NCBI GenBank assembly: GCA_965235115.1
Contig: OZ249441.1
Span: 12,958,001 to 13,022,000, forward strand
DNA from: Laetmonice hystrix
Lineage: Eukaryota
Direction of reading: 5' to 3'
Length of the DNA stretch: 64,000 nucleotides
The notes under the pieces are model-generated. The model had not been told where the DNA came from, did no database searches, and saw nothing but the letters and a program-made list of their open reading frames with translations. Below, in pieces: positions 12,001-24,000 of this stretch; within the stretch, counting starts at the first letter, position 1, and every line of letters begins with the position of its first letter. The position numbers and the translations under genes are program-made.

Positions 12001-15000
12001 ATAGCTGTGACTAATTGCACCCTTAGATGTTCTGATAAAAAAATTACTTGAGATCAGTAGCCAGTAGGACATCCTAAAAGTTAGAATGTATTTTTGAATC
12101 TCAGAAGAAAAACCCAATATCTTATCTAACCTTAATAAATAGTTATCCAACTTCATAATCTCTTGAAATTGTAATCATGAAAATGATATTGGTAATATTT
12201 TTTTCAGTGTAGAGATTCTAGTTGTCAAATTGAGGTTTCGTATGTGTGGAATGTTGCAGGAGCGGAGAATAGCTCGGAAAGTAGCACGAGCCAAACGGGG
12301 TGCAGGGTCGGGGTCTGACACAGAAACGCCAGGGTCAAGTGACAACAATTGGCAGTCCGAGTCTGAGACAGAGAAGGAGAGTGAAGGAGAGGGTAAGTGA
12401 TATTGGCTTATCTTTCAAGGGCCACCGCTTTCATTAATCTAAAGAGAAAGGTTTATCATTAGTACAAATGTATAGGTAATGTATGCTTTTAAAAAAACAC
12501 GTAAATATACCCTGAAAGATGTTTTTTTTTTATAGTGACCATAACAATGCATTCGCTCATTCTTGAATACTTGTTTCAGAATCTGATGAAGAGATTAGAC
12601 GAAGAAACAGGCGTCGAGGTGTCCCATCTACGTCTACACCTGACCACGAGAGGGGATACTATCAGCAATCACTGCAGGCAAGCTCACCTTTTGCAGCAGG
12701 ACCGCTGAGGTCACCACCTATTGACTATGAGGAAAAGGAACCTTCACAGGCTGCCACAGCTATACTGAAAAACCGCATGTCCTTCTTCAGTGCCGTAGCC
12801 GAGCCAGTTCGCATTGACCCATTTTCCTTCCTTGGGTTGAGTCCTGCACCTAATATTGCACAAGGAGATTCTCTGTTGGACAAGCCAGAACCCAAGGAGT
12901 CTACAGAGGAAGAAGAGGAACCTCAACGAGAAGAAAAGCCAAAAGAAGAACAGGCAGAAAAATCAGAGGAAGAAGATGAAGAATCTGACTCTTCTTTGTC
13001 CGAAACTGAGACGATGACAGAGGGGTCGGAATCTGAAGAGGACCAAACTGGCTTGGTCAAGAGGGTCCATCATCCCATTCCTACAATATCAATTGAAGAG
13101 GTAGACATGGTTGACATTCCTTCTGATGAATTCGAAGAGCAATCTGGCGTAGAGAACGAAAAGTCGGAAGAGAAGATTGGAGAGGTGGAAGAACCAACGG
13201 AAGGCAAGGGTGAGGGGCCTGCAGTGGAACCTCCAGCTGTAGTGTCTGGTGAAGAACCAGGGGCAGCAGCAGGCTCGGACCTTCAGAAGGAGCTCGACCT
13301 CATGGAACTTGAGGTGGAACTCATGAAAAAATCAGTCGGTGATAAGATCGTTGAGTTGGCTAAAGTAAACGAGGACAAAAAAGAAGAGACCATCCAGGAG
13401 GAGGCAATCATTGGTTTCCAAGATGTCGTCAGTGAAAAACCTTACGACGTGACAACCGAAGACACAGACCTTTCTGAAGTAGCAGGTCCGGCCAGTGAAC
13501 CTCTCCCAGTACTAGATGAACTCTTGGTTGTAAAGGCTGCTAACCAGGATCTTATGAAAGAAATCATAACAGTGAAATCAGAGCCGTTTGATATTCCCTT
13601 TGATAGTCTAAGGGGACCTCCAAAGAGGACATCAAGCAGTGAGTTGGAATCTTTTGAAAACATTGAGAAAATACTGCGGCAGGCGAGCGAGGACCAGAAT
13701 ACAGATGTGGATATCGGGGAAGGGATGCCCAGTGAGGAGATTGTGGATGATTGGATCAACAGCAGCTGGGCCGCATCAACAGCAGCTGCTGCTGCGGCAG
13801 CTGCTGCACCACCCGGAGATATGAGTGTCCTCAGGAATGAGACACATATACAGAATAAAGAGACAAAACCTCCGATTGTTGAGGAGTCGCAACGTAATAT
13901 GAGTGAAAGCGAGGACACAGTATCAAATGACATTGAAAAAGAAGAACCTAATGTCTTGGTGATTGAAGAAACAAAAACTGATGTTATGGCAGTTGAACAG
14001 GGAAGGCCGAATGCAGTAGAAGCAGAGGCCGTAACTGACGTCATGCTAGTTGAAGAGGCCATTCCTAGTGTCGTGACAGTTGAAGAGACAGTTGAAGTGA
14101 CAACACCTGATGTTATGTTGAGTGAGGAAGCACAGCCGATATTCTCTGTTGAAGAACGAAATAAAGATTCAGTTCTTATCTCGGAGCCAATTTTACCAGA
14201 CACAGACATCAAACGAGACCAGGATAATACGTTACCAGACATACCTGTCAGCAGTACGGTAAATGAGGATGTTATGTTGAGTGAGGAAGCAAAGCCGATA
14301 TGCTCTGTTGAACGAAATAAAGATCCAGTTCTTATCTCGGAGCCAACTTTACCAGACACAGACATCAAACGAGACCAGGATAATACGTTACCAGACATAC
14401 CTGTCAGCAGTACGGTAAATGAGGATGTTATGTTGAGTGAGGAAGCAAAGCCGATATGCTCTGTTGAAGAACGAAATAAAGATTCAGTTCTTATCTCGGA
14501 GCCAATTTTACCAGACACAGACATCAAACGAGACCAGGATAATACGTTACCAGACATACCTGTCAGCAGTACGGTAAATGAGGAAAACGTTACGGACAGT
14601 GCTGCCCAGGATGTGGCTCTTCTGACACCATCCGAACCTCAGTTAACGTTTCGTGTACCCCAGGCAGAGGTTATGGTTCCTCCAGAACAACCTTCTGACA
14701 TTCAGACAAGTGTTGGATCAGCAGATAAAGAACTGGTGGGGGAGGCGATCCCAGAAAGTGTAAATACAGGACTACTCGAGGAACCCTCGCCAGAACCGGT
14801 ACCCATGGATTCTGATAAAGATACAGTTCAATCTGATACACTACCTTTGGGAGTGTCTCATCCTGAAGGGTCAGAAAATTTGATAGGTGACAATTATTCA
14901 CCTGAACCACAAATTGTTGATCAGCCACCCACTTCAATTTCTCAAACAGATTTAGTTGCAGGTCTTTTAGTGGAAAACCCACTTGTACCAGCTTCACTGG

Positions 15001-18000
15001 CTTTAGATACAGGGGAATCCGCCCAGATACAGAACCCATCAGAACCCCGAGAACAATCGCCTGTAGAAACTAGGATAGCACCAATTGCCTTAATGGAAGA
15101 CATGCCTTTTGGAGATAAGGGATTAGAGGAGTTTATCCTGGGACCTGGAGCTGCCGATCTGGCGTTTTCTGAGGCTGAGATTCAGGGCAGGTTTGCCCCG
15201 GTGGCGTCGATACAGGAGATGGTTCCTCCTGAAGAAGTGGCCAACAGAGTAGCAGAGGTCCTACCGTTTACAGTTAGTAAAATGGACGAGCAGACCGAGG
15301 TGGAAATGTCTTCTCAGGACTCTCTCAGTCCTCACATTATTGCTGATGTAGAATTGGTGCAGAACAAGGAGTCGACAGAACCGGCCAGAATGAACACCAA
15401 TACGGGCGTTTTGTACGAAGGACCTGAGGTCAATGTCAGAGTTTCTGAGCCTTTGGAAAAGACACTACATAAGGAAAGTCTAGCGGATCATATAGAACGA
15501 GAGTTGCAGGAGGATGAAGTCCTACAAATATTTCAAGAAGGTGATGCAGTCAGCAAAATCGAAATGTTGCCAGCACAACCAAAGACTGAGCCATGCCTGG
15601 AGGAGGCTCCAAAAGTCCAAGGGCTGCCCGAGACTAAGGATCGACTGAACAAACAAAAGGTTGTCCGACCCGTTTCAGCCAGGGAACCAGTGATGATGTC
15701 AGAAGAGAAAGTTAATGAACGAGTAAGGAGTTCAATCGATGACTTGGAAATATTACCAGCTCAGCAAAAAAAGCTAAGGCAAACCTCTGAGGCCAAACTA
15801 AAGAAAGAAAATGCCAGAAAGTTGGTAACACAGGCAAAGGTGGTGCAAGAAACAGAAAACAAACTGCTTAGGCAAATGTCGGCGCCAGAGCCAGAAACTG
15901 CCAAAACGAAGAAGCCTGCAAATACTAATGTTCTCTCCAAGGGCAAACCTAGAAAGAAAGTAGAATACGTGAAGGTTCCAAAGATAAAACCCCTCAATAT
16001 TCCTGATGACATTCCTCTTGCTGAGGCTGCAGCAGCTGCTGCCAGAGCCAGGCTTACTGGGAGGCCTCTGTCAGTGTCGGTGAAAACCAAGTCAGAGAAG
16101 GAGGAAGAGGTGACACGTAAGCTCAGAGAAGAACACAGGCGGAGTAAATTAAAGAGGGAGCAAGAAGAACAGCAGGCAGAGGAACAGCACAGGAAGCGGA
16201 AAGAAGAACTTCGTAGGTTGCGAGAAGAAGAAGCACAACGGAAAAAAGAGCAAGAGGAAGCACGTAGGAGACGGGAGGAAGAAGCAAAACGGCTGATAGA
16301 GGAAGTAAGGAGAAAAGAAGAAGCCTTAGAAAGGAAGAAGGCTGCAGAACGGCAAGCAGTCAGAGAAATGGAACATTTGGAGTCGTGGAAGCAGGAGGAT
16401 GCCCTGCGGAGAATTGACGACCTCCTAGTGGGCCTACGGGGACCAGTCCAGAGTAAAGGCGACACCCTGAAATCTCTGTGTCACAAGGGGCCAGAGGACA
16501 TTGGAGAGTTAGCCCAGGAACTGATAACTGGTGGCGACCTGAGACCAAGGAAGCAAGACATGAGTGTAAATGGTAGTGCAGATTCACAGAAACAACCACA
16601 AACGAGTGGTGACGGCGAAGTAGAGGACAATATATCATTCCACGTTGATGAAACATTTATCACGACCCGTGACAAGCGCAAACGTATACGCAACCTGTCT
16701 AATCAGTCCGACTCTAGCTTCACCATCTCCACTCCTAGTGGTTCAGTCAGGTCAGTTAGTTCCATATCAGAAATAGACTCCACCCCAAACTCTCTCGGTG
16801 CCTCTCTAGATACTGGTTCATTTGATCAGCTTGCTACAACATCAGAGTCTGTTGGAGAAAACATTTCTCTAGATGGCCTACTAGACAATCAGGGTGAAGA
16901 AAATGAAGAGCCAAAGGACCTATTTAGATCCAAGTCTGCAGATGCTGATGTGACACTCCAGGATATGTCCAACGTTGAGGAGACGTCCCTGCACACAGCG
17001 GAGTCCTCGTTTCAAGAGAGCCGCTCTGCGAACACCACCTCTGCTGAGGAAAGCCAGTATTTCACACCCAATACAAGCTCAGTGGAGCCGGCAGAAACTA
17101 GTGGGAAAGTCTCTGTTAAGAAACGAAAGCCAAAATCTTTGAATGATGGGGCTAACTACACGATCAGTGATAGAAAGTCAGTTGATTCCTTGGGGTCTGA
17201 ACGCAGTTCTTCGCCTCTGTATTCACCTGGGAAAGCTCAGCTCCTCACAGATGCTAAACGAAAATTCTTCTTCGAAATGCCGCAACCAGTTCGTATTGAT
17301 CCCAAACAGATGTTCAGTGACCTACGGTCACCACAAGGAAAACACAGGAACAAGACACTTGCAAAGAGTTTGAAAGAACACTCAGAGAATCATTTGCCTG
17401 ATGAGACAGACCGAACTGACTTAGAAACAGGGAGCACTGCAGCTGAGAAGATGAAGGAGTGGAAGAGCATGGATGCTGGGGCAGTGAAGAAAGCTGGGGG
17501 GCTCGATCTGGTGCGGGACTGGCAGAGTCTGGACACGTCCACCCTACAGAATCTAAGTCCAACGGCCGGGGTTCCAAAAACGAACATTGTGAATGGGGAG
17601 GCCACTGCTGATGTCTTCTACACACCAGCAGCCTCCATGAAAACAAGACCTGTACATTCAGAAGACGAGGAAGGCAGTAGTTTTAAGAAACCACAAGACA
17701 AGAAGATGATACCAAGTACTTCTAGGGAGGAGCCGAATCAGCAGGCGTATTCAGCACAGGAGCTGAAAGTGCTTCGTGAAGCTGAGAGGGAGAGACGACG
17801 TCAAAAGGCCCGGGAGAGGGCTCGCATGTTAAGTGATGAAGAACTAGGAATTGATGAGAAAGCAACTAAACGGTTACAGAAGGAGGGCGCTGAACAATCT
17901 GAGCAGGGCCTGGCAGGGAGGGATCGTTTACAACAAGATAAAATGAAAGGCATCAGCAAAGATCTTCGATCTGACATCAGTAAACTCGTGAGTAAACCAA

Positions 18001-21000
18001 TTCCGCCCCAACTTCAGAAAATAGAAGACAATGCCAGGCATGAACGAATGGGCTCTGACTCAAGTTCACGGTCGGGTGGGTCAGGCTCACAGAGAACAAC
18101 ATCAGAGGCGTCAACCTACGGATCCAGAGAAAGTCCCAAGCCGCATGCCTTCTCTGATGGTGCATCGGATCACTCTGATCATAGTCCATCCATGAGCCGG
18201 AGAGATGAAATCAAAGAGAAAACAAAATCCCTGGACAGGGCCAAGCTGAAAAGAAAAGCACATGAAAACAAGAAAGAGCAGGAGGTAAAAGGGAAAACAA
18301 CCGAGAAAAAAGAAAAGCGTAGATCTTTTCTGGCGATGCTTTTACCGAAAAAAGACAAAGATAAAGCCAAAGAAAAAGAGGACAAGAAAGAGAAGAAAAC
18401 GCCTGCAGAGAAAAATCCAGTTGTTAAATTACGGTCAAAGATAAAAGCATCGAAATCAGCAGAGAAAGAGAAAGATGCTTCAAGAGAAAGTGCAGGTACA
18501 GATGAATTCAATCCGTTCTTCGAGGATGCATATGGCCTGGAAGTAAAGGAGAGAGAAAAGCTGAAGGAACGCTTGGAACAGGTGGCCCCCGTAGCGAGCA
18601 AACCTCGGCCCAAACCTCAGTTGGCACCCAAGGCAACAGGTAGGCGAACCTTACCGTCAGTAGAATAGGGAGTTGGTCGAGCATGTGCACTGAATTGGAC
18701 TTAAAGGAGTTCTAGTACTTGTAGTTAAATCGTTAAGGTTAATACATAAACACTGTAAAAACATGATACACTGTGAATGTAAAAGGTGAATTTAATTTTT
18801 TACAGGTATTTATCATAATTTGAAGAAACTTGGATATTGAAAAAGCATTGACAAAAGTATGCCTTAAATTAAATTTAATAAAACAGATAAAAAAGCATGT
18901 TGATAGATAGATGGACATGTCAAGGAATGTTAGAGGTATAAAATTGAAAACTGGCCTGATGGGATTTGGTCTATAATGGTTATGAATGTGTGTGTGTTTT
19001 CCCCCCAAGGTTATTGGTATGTAAGAACGTTTGGTAGCTGAGTATGGTAAAAGTTGATGTTAGCAGATCTCGTAAGCATTTCTTTTGTTTAGTAAGTACA
19101 AGTAAAATTTGAATTTATATCCTCTGACAATTTTGAATTTGAATCAGTTCATTTGCAAAATGGTGTTAAATGTAAAATTTTGGTAGATTTTCAAAAATAT
19201 ATTTTGTGTTGAAATTAAGTGGAAATTTATACGAGGTCTGCATAAGGGTTTGAACGTGGCGTGTGAACTGTAGTGAAGTAATTCAGGCCGATGATTGCCC
19301 GTTTCAGATATTTCTTACATCTATACAAAAACAAGTAATTACAAGGACCATGGGCTTCAGGTAGAAGCACATGGAGCCAAAGTTTACTGACTATTTAGCC
19401 AAAGTTTTGGATTATATTTGGTAGCATAAATTGAAATTCACTACTTTAAAAGACAGTGTTGTAGCTTGTGTTAAACTGAGAAACGGGCAGGCGCGAGGCT
19501 GGTGGTTAGCACCTCGTGTGCCAACTAACCTGCTGCATGATGGCTTTCAGTGGAGGAATTTGACACGGAGAGTGAATTAGGTGACGACAGGATTTCCGTC
19601 AGGAGCTTCCACTCACAGGTCAGTGAACTGTAAAACTCGGTCAATTGGTGGGATATTGCTGGGGTAAGGCTTTTCGACAAGAACCTGCCAGGTGTGATGC
19701 GCCTATGTCCCTACTCTTTTTCGCTGTGCTTGTGTTTTCTTAAAAATACCACACTTTTTCCTAAGGCAGTTAAAAAATGGAGCCCCAGCAGAAGGACTCG
19801 GAGAAAGCACGTTTGCTGCTTAATGGCCTCATAATTATATGCTCTTTTAGGGATTTTGCTTTTAAGATTAATTTTGTGTACCGGTATATATTCCAGTTAA
19901 TCTTAAGGATGTGTGGTCGTCATATTTCTGTGACATGATTATTACCGCAATACATCAGTATGTTCATTTAAAGTCGTGAATGGAGAAAAAATTATCCAGA
20001 TCAATAAACTATAAAAGTTAGTACATCATCCGTGTAAGCAAACTGATGAAACGTTGTCAAATAGAACTGGAGTACATACCCAAGCCATTGTTAGCCAAAC
20101 TGGCATGTTGGACCTAATGACCACTGGGCTGGTTGTTGGTGGGTTTGGTTTGGAAACATCAGTGGGGATGCTGGTTCAATGTGGGTGCATGGACTCTTAG
20201 CTTGTCTATTGGGGTGATAGAGTGCTATGGTTGGTGACCTGCATTAATTGAGTATTGTTGGTGTTTGTGTGGTGGCAGACAATGACGGACGAAGACAAGA
20301 GCCGATACGTCAAGAAGCAGCAGAAGGCAGCGGTGAGGAGGCACCGAGAACAGGAACTCAAACGGTTGAGGATGGCGCAGGAGATACAACGTCAGCTCGA
20401 GGAGGTGGAGATCAAACAACGTCAGATCGAGATGAGGGGTATCGCCATTGAGAGAGCTCTCCGCGGCGATGGGCCAGGTGAGTCTGCGAAACTATCTAGG
20501 AGGTGCTCGGCCAGTGCCAGTTAGACAAATATTTTATGGTGGTCGCCTCAAACCCTCAGTTAAAGTAGCTTGGATGTCGTTTACTATGCTCGATACAGAT
20601 TACTGTAAGTAGTCCCACCTGTAGATGGATAGACATTTTTCATCACCTTCATGCTATATATTTTTCCACATTTTTATTATATATTTATAAATTGCCATGA
20701 TTTTGCACTTAACTTAGAAAGACACAGTAAAAGTGGTGTACTCAATGCAGTTTATAAACATTTATACTGTACATGTTGTAGACCTAAGACTAGAGACACT
20801 TAAAGATTACATATACCTGCTAGGTGTTCTAAGATCATGAATAACATAGTGTTATTCACTGTATCCATGGTCGTAAGGTACGCATGTTATTTAATCAGGA
20901 ATTATTCCAAGATAGGCCAAGGGACATAGTTTTTCCCCCAAGGAATGTATAGTAGCAATTCAGTGAAAGACAAGTGTACTAAGATCTCTCAGTAAATAGA

Positions 21001-24000
21001 GTGCTCTGGACGATTTTCAGATAAATGATATTTCAGTGGCCAGCAGTAGCTTATATTGCTTCGAGAGGACACTAAATGTGTAGTTTGATGAGCAGTACTG
21101 ATAACTTGACACCCAGTTCCGACATCTGCATGTACTCCAGTGCTACCTTACTGCTAACATAGTGGTATTAAGGCACCGCAGCATGCTGAGATGTATCACT
21201 TACTGCTGCATGTTACAAATTATCACAAACACAAAAGACTGCTGGAAAAAAAGTGGGAGAACTTTAAAGTTCAGCTTCATTACATCAGCAAAACTAATCG
21301 TGTTCATGAAAATATATCCACTGATTTATTGATAAAATGGCTGAGAACTATTCATCAAGTTTAGATGAGAATTTCTGTAGAAATGTACCGGGTAATTAGG
21401 TATATCACTTTATTCGCCAGGCTAACATATCAAAGTGCATCTCGGCGCAGCAAGCAATATGCCTATTCACGCACAGGCATGTAAAGGTTTACAATACACT
21501 GCCAACCTATGTCGAGGTAAAACACTATAGAAATATCTGATGTGAAGACAACCAGTAAAGATTTGCAGGAAGTGCAAGCAGCAACAAAAATACTAGTATA
21601 GTAGTCAGTCGCTGAAATTAGCATAGAATATTATTTTAGATGCGGACCTCCCTGGTTATCTGGTATCTACAACTGGCTTATGATTAACAAGTTACCTGTA
21701 CTCATTTCTTGTTAGAAGAATACAACAACAAGCAAAAGGTTTGAAACATTATGAGTACCGGTACTCTCGAATTGTAAGCTAAGGAAAGTAGTGAAAAGGA
21801 CATTGGCTGTGGGTTAAAGTGGTGCTGGTCTTTTTAAGAGTACCATCAGCTGGTCCAGTCGGATTGGCGCTGGGTCCTGGTAAAAGCGTACAGGTGACCG
21901 TCTTCTCTTTACCCTGTAGGTCCATTAGGTCCCTAGAGTAAATCCCAACTCCTGGAAATGGGTTTTTTCATAAGAAACTGCCCGAGATGGACAGTAAGGT
22001 CTTGAGCCTAGCTTAATTTTAATTTATCATAAAATGCTGAAATATTGAAATTATCATGTAAGCTGTGCTCAAGGCATCTGCCTGTAGTTAGCAAGTCGTA
22101 AACAAGTCCGATTGCTTCAGCATGACCAAGATACATCATTATGTTATCCTTCCAAGTGCTCGACCTTCAGGTAGAGAAGTTAGAAAATAGAGTAGCTCCT
22201 GAGGACAACATACCCGAGATAAGGCCAGATATCAGTAGCTATTATAACGGTAGTATGGACACCTGAGCCCCAATACTTGATGGTCGTATTCCCTGAGACA
22301 GCAGATGACATCTCACATGGTCACTCTGACAACATGAGTCGAGGAGTTACACCAAGGATGGCGAGTAGTCCGGCTAACAGTGATAGGGAAACTAACAGCA
22401 TGCTCGACGTTTGCTCTTACAGATGCTACACGCAACGAGGCAAACCTGATGCAGGACTGGTTCAATGTGGTGCATGAGAAGAATGTGCTTGTCCGATACG
22501 AGTCGGAGCTCATGGTTCAGTAAGTAATCCTCAGCCACATCTCACTCAGTGGCAATCAGACAGCTTCAGTAAGTAACCCTCAGCCACATCTCACTCAGTG
22601 GCAATCAGACAGGTTCAGTAAGTAACCCTCAGCCACATCTCACTCAGTGGCAATCAGACAGGTTCAGTAAGTAATCCTCAGCCACATCTCACTCAGTGGC
22701 AATCAGACAGGTTCAGTAAGTAACCCTCAGCCACATCTCACTCAGTGGCAATCAGACAGGTTCAGTAAGTAACCCTCAGCCACATCTCACTCAGTGGCAA
22801 TCAGACAGGTTCAGTAAGGAACCCTCAGCCACATCTCACTCAGTGGCAATCAGACAGGTTCAGTAAGTAACCCTCGGCCACATCTCACTCAGTGGCAATC
22901 AGACAGGTTCAGTAAGTAACCCTCGGCCACATCTCACTCAGTGGCAATCAGACAGGTTCAGTAAGTAACCCTCTGCCACATCTCACTCAGTGGCAATCAG
23001 ACAGGTTCAGTAAGTAACCCTCGGCCACATCTCACTCAGTGGCAATCAGACAGGTTCAGTAAGTAACCCTCGGCCACATCTCACTCAGTGGCAATCAGAC
23101 AGGTTCAGTAAGTAACCCTCGGCCACATCTCACTCAGTGGCAATCAGACAGGTTCAGTAAGTAACCCTCAGCCACATCTCAGTGGCAATCAGACAGGTTC
23201 AGTAAGTAACCCTCAGCCACATCTCACTCAGTGGCAATCAGACAGGTTCAGTAAGTAACCCTCGGCCACATCTCACTCAGTGGCAATCAGACAGGTTCAG
23301 TAAGTAACCCTCGGCCACATCTCACTCAGTGGCAATCAGACAGGTTCAGTAAGTAACCCTCAGCCACATCTCACTCAGTGGCAATCAGACAGGTTCAGTA
23401 AGTAACCCTCAGCCACATCTCACTCAGTGGCAATCAGACAGGTTCAGTAAGTAACCCTCTGCCACATCTCACTCAGTGGCAATCAGACAGCCTCCCTCTC
23501 CCAGCCTTCGACCAGAGAACAAACCAGTACCAATGGTGTATCCGTGATCATAGGCTCAAAATGTAGAAACTATTATAGAACCAGAATAGTTTGTAAGAGC
23601 CCAGTAAAGAATGATAGTATTGCATGGGACCAGGCTCCTTTATCTTGCTGGGAACGGATTTGTTCCAATTGTATCAAGACAAGTCATTCATCGACAAAAA
23701 AATATTAAAATATATAAACTGTGATGTCTCAAACGATACAATTGGCAACAATATCCAATGGCTATCTGCTTTTCTGTATATCTACACTGGCGGTGAGACA
23801 TAAAGGGGAGGGGACGGGGACAGCCTATTGCAGTCAAGACAAGGAGGATCCTACTGCTTGCCAATTCAGTCAAGTAATATGTTTCAACTACATAATGTAT
23901 GTGCACTTACATAAAGACTGCACACATTCAGTCCAGCTATATATGTTATAGGTGTCGGATAGACCAACGTGTCTAGTCTCGTTGGATAGACAAACCAAGT

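Noticed and set aside
13442-16465. Long antisense ORFs (371 aa at 13442-14557; 234 aa at 15761-16465)
   Set aside because: Shadow ORFs of the Glu/Lys-rich MICAL exon and its tandem repeat; Ser/Leu/Phe-rich with no recognisable domain.
22171-22266. Possible alternative terminal MICAL exon (VEKLENRVAPEDN...MDT*)
   Set aside because: It is out of phase with the preceding donor (20477) and has no homology support.
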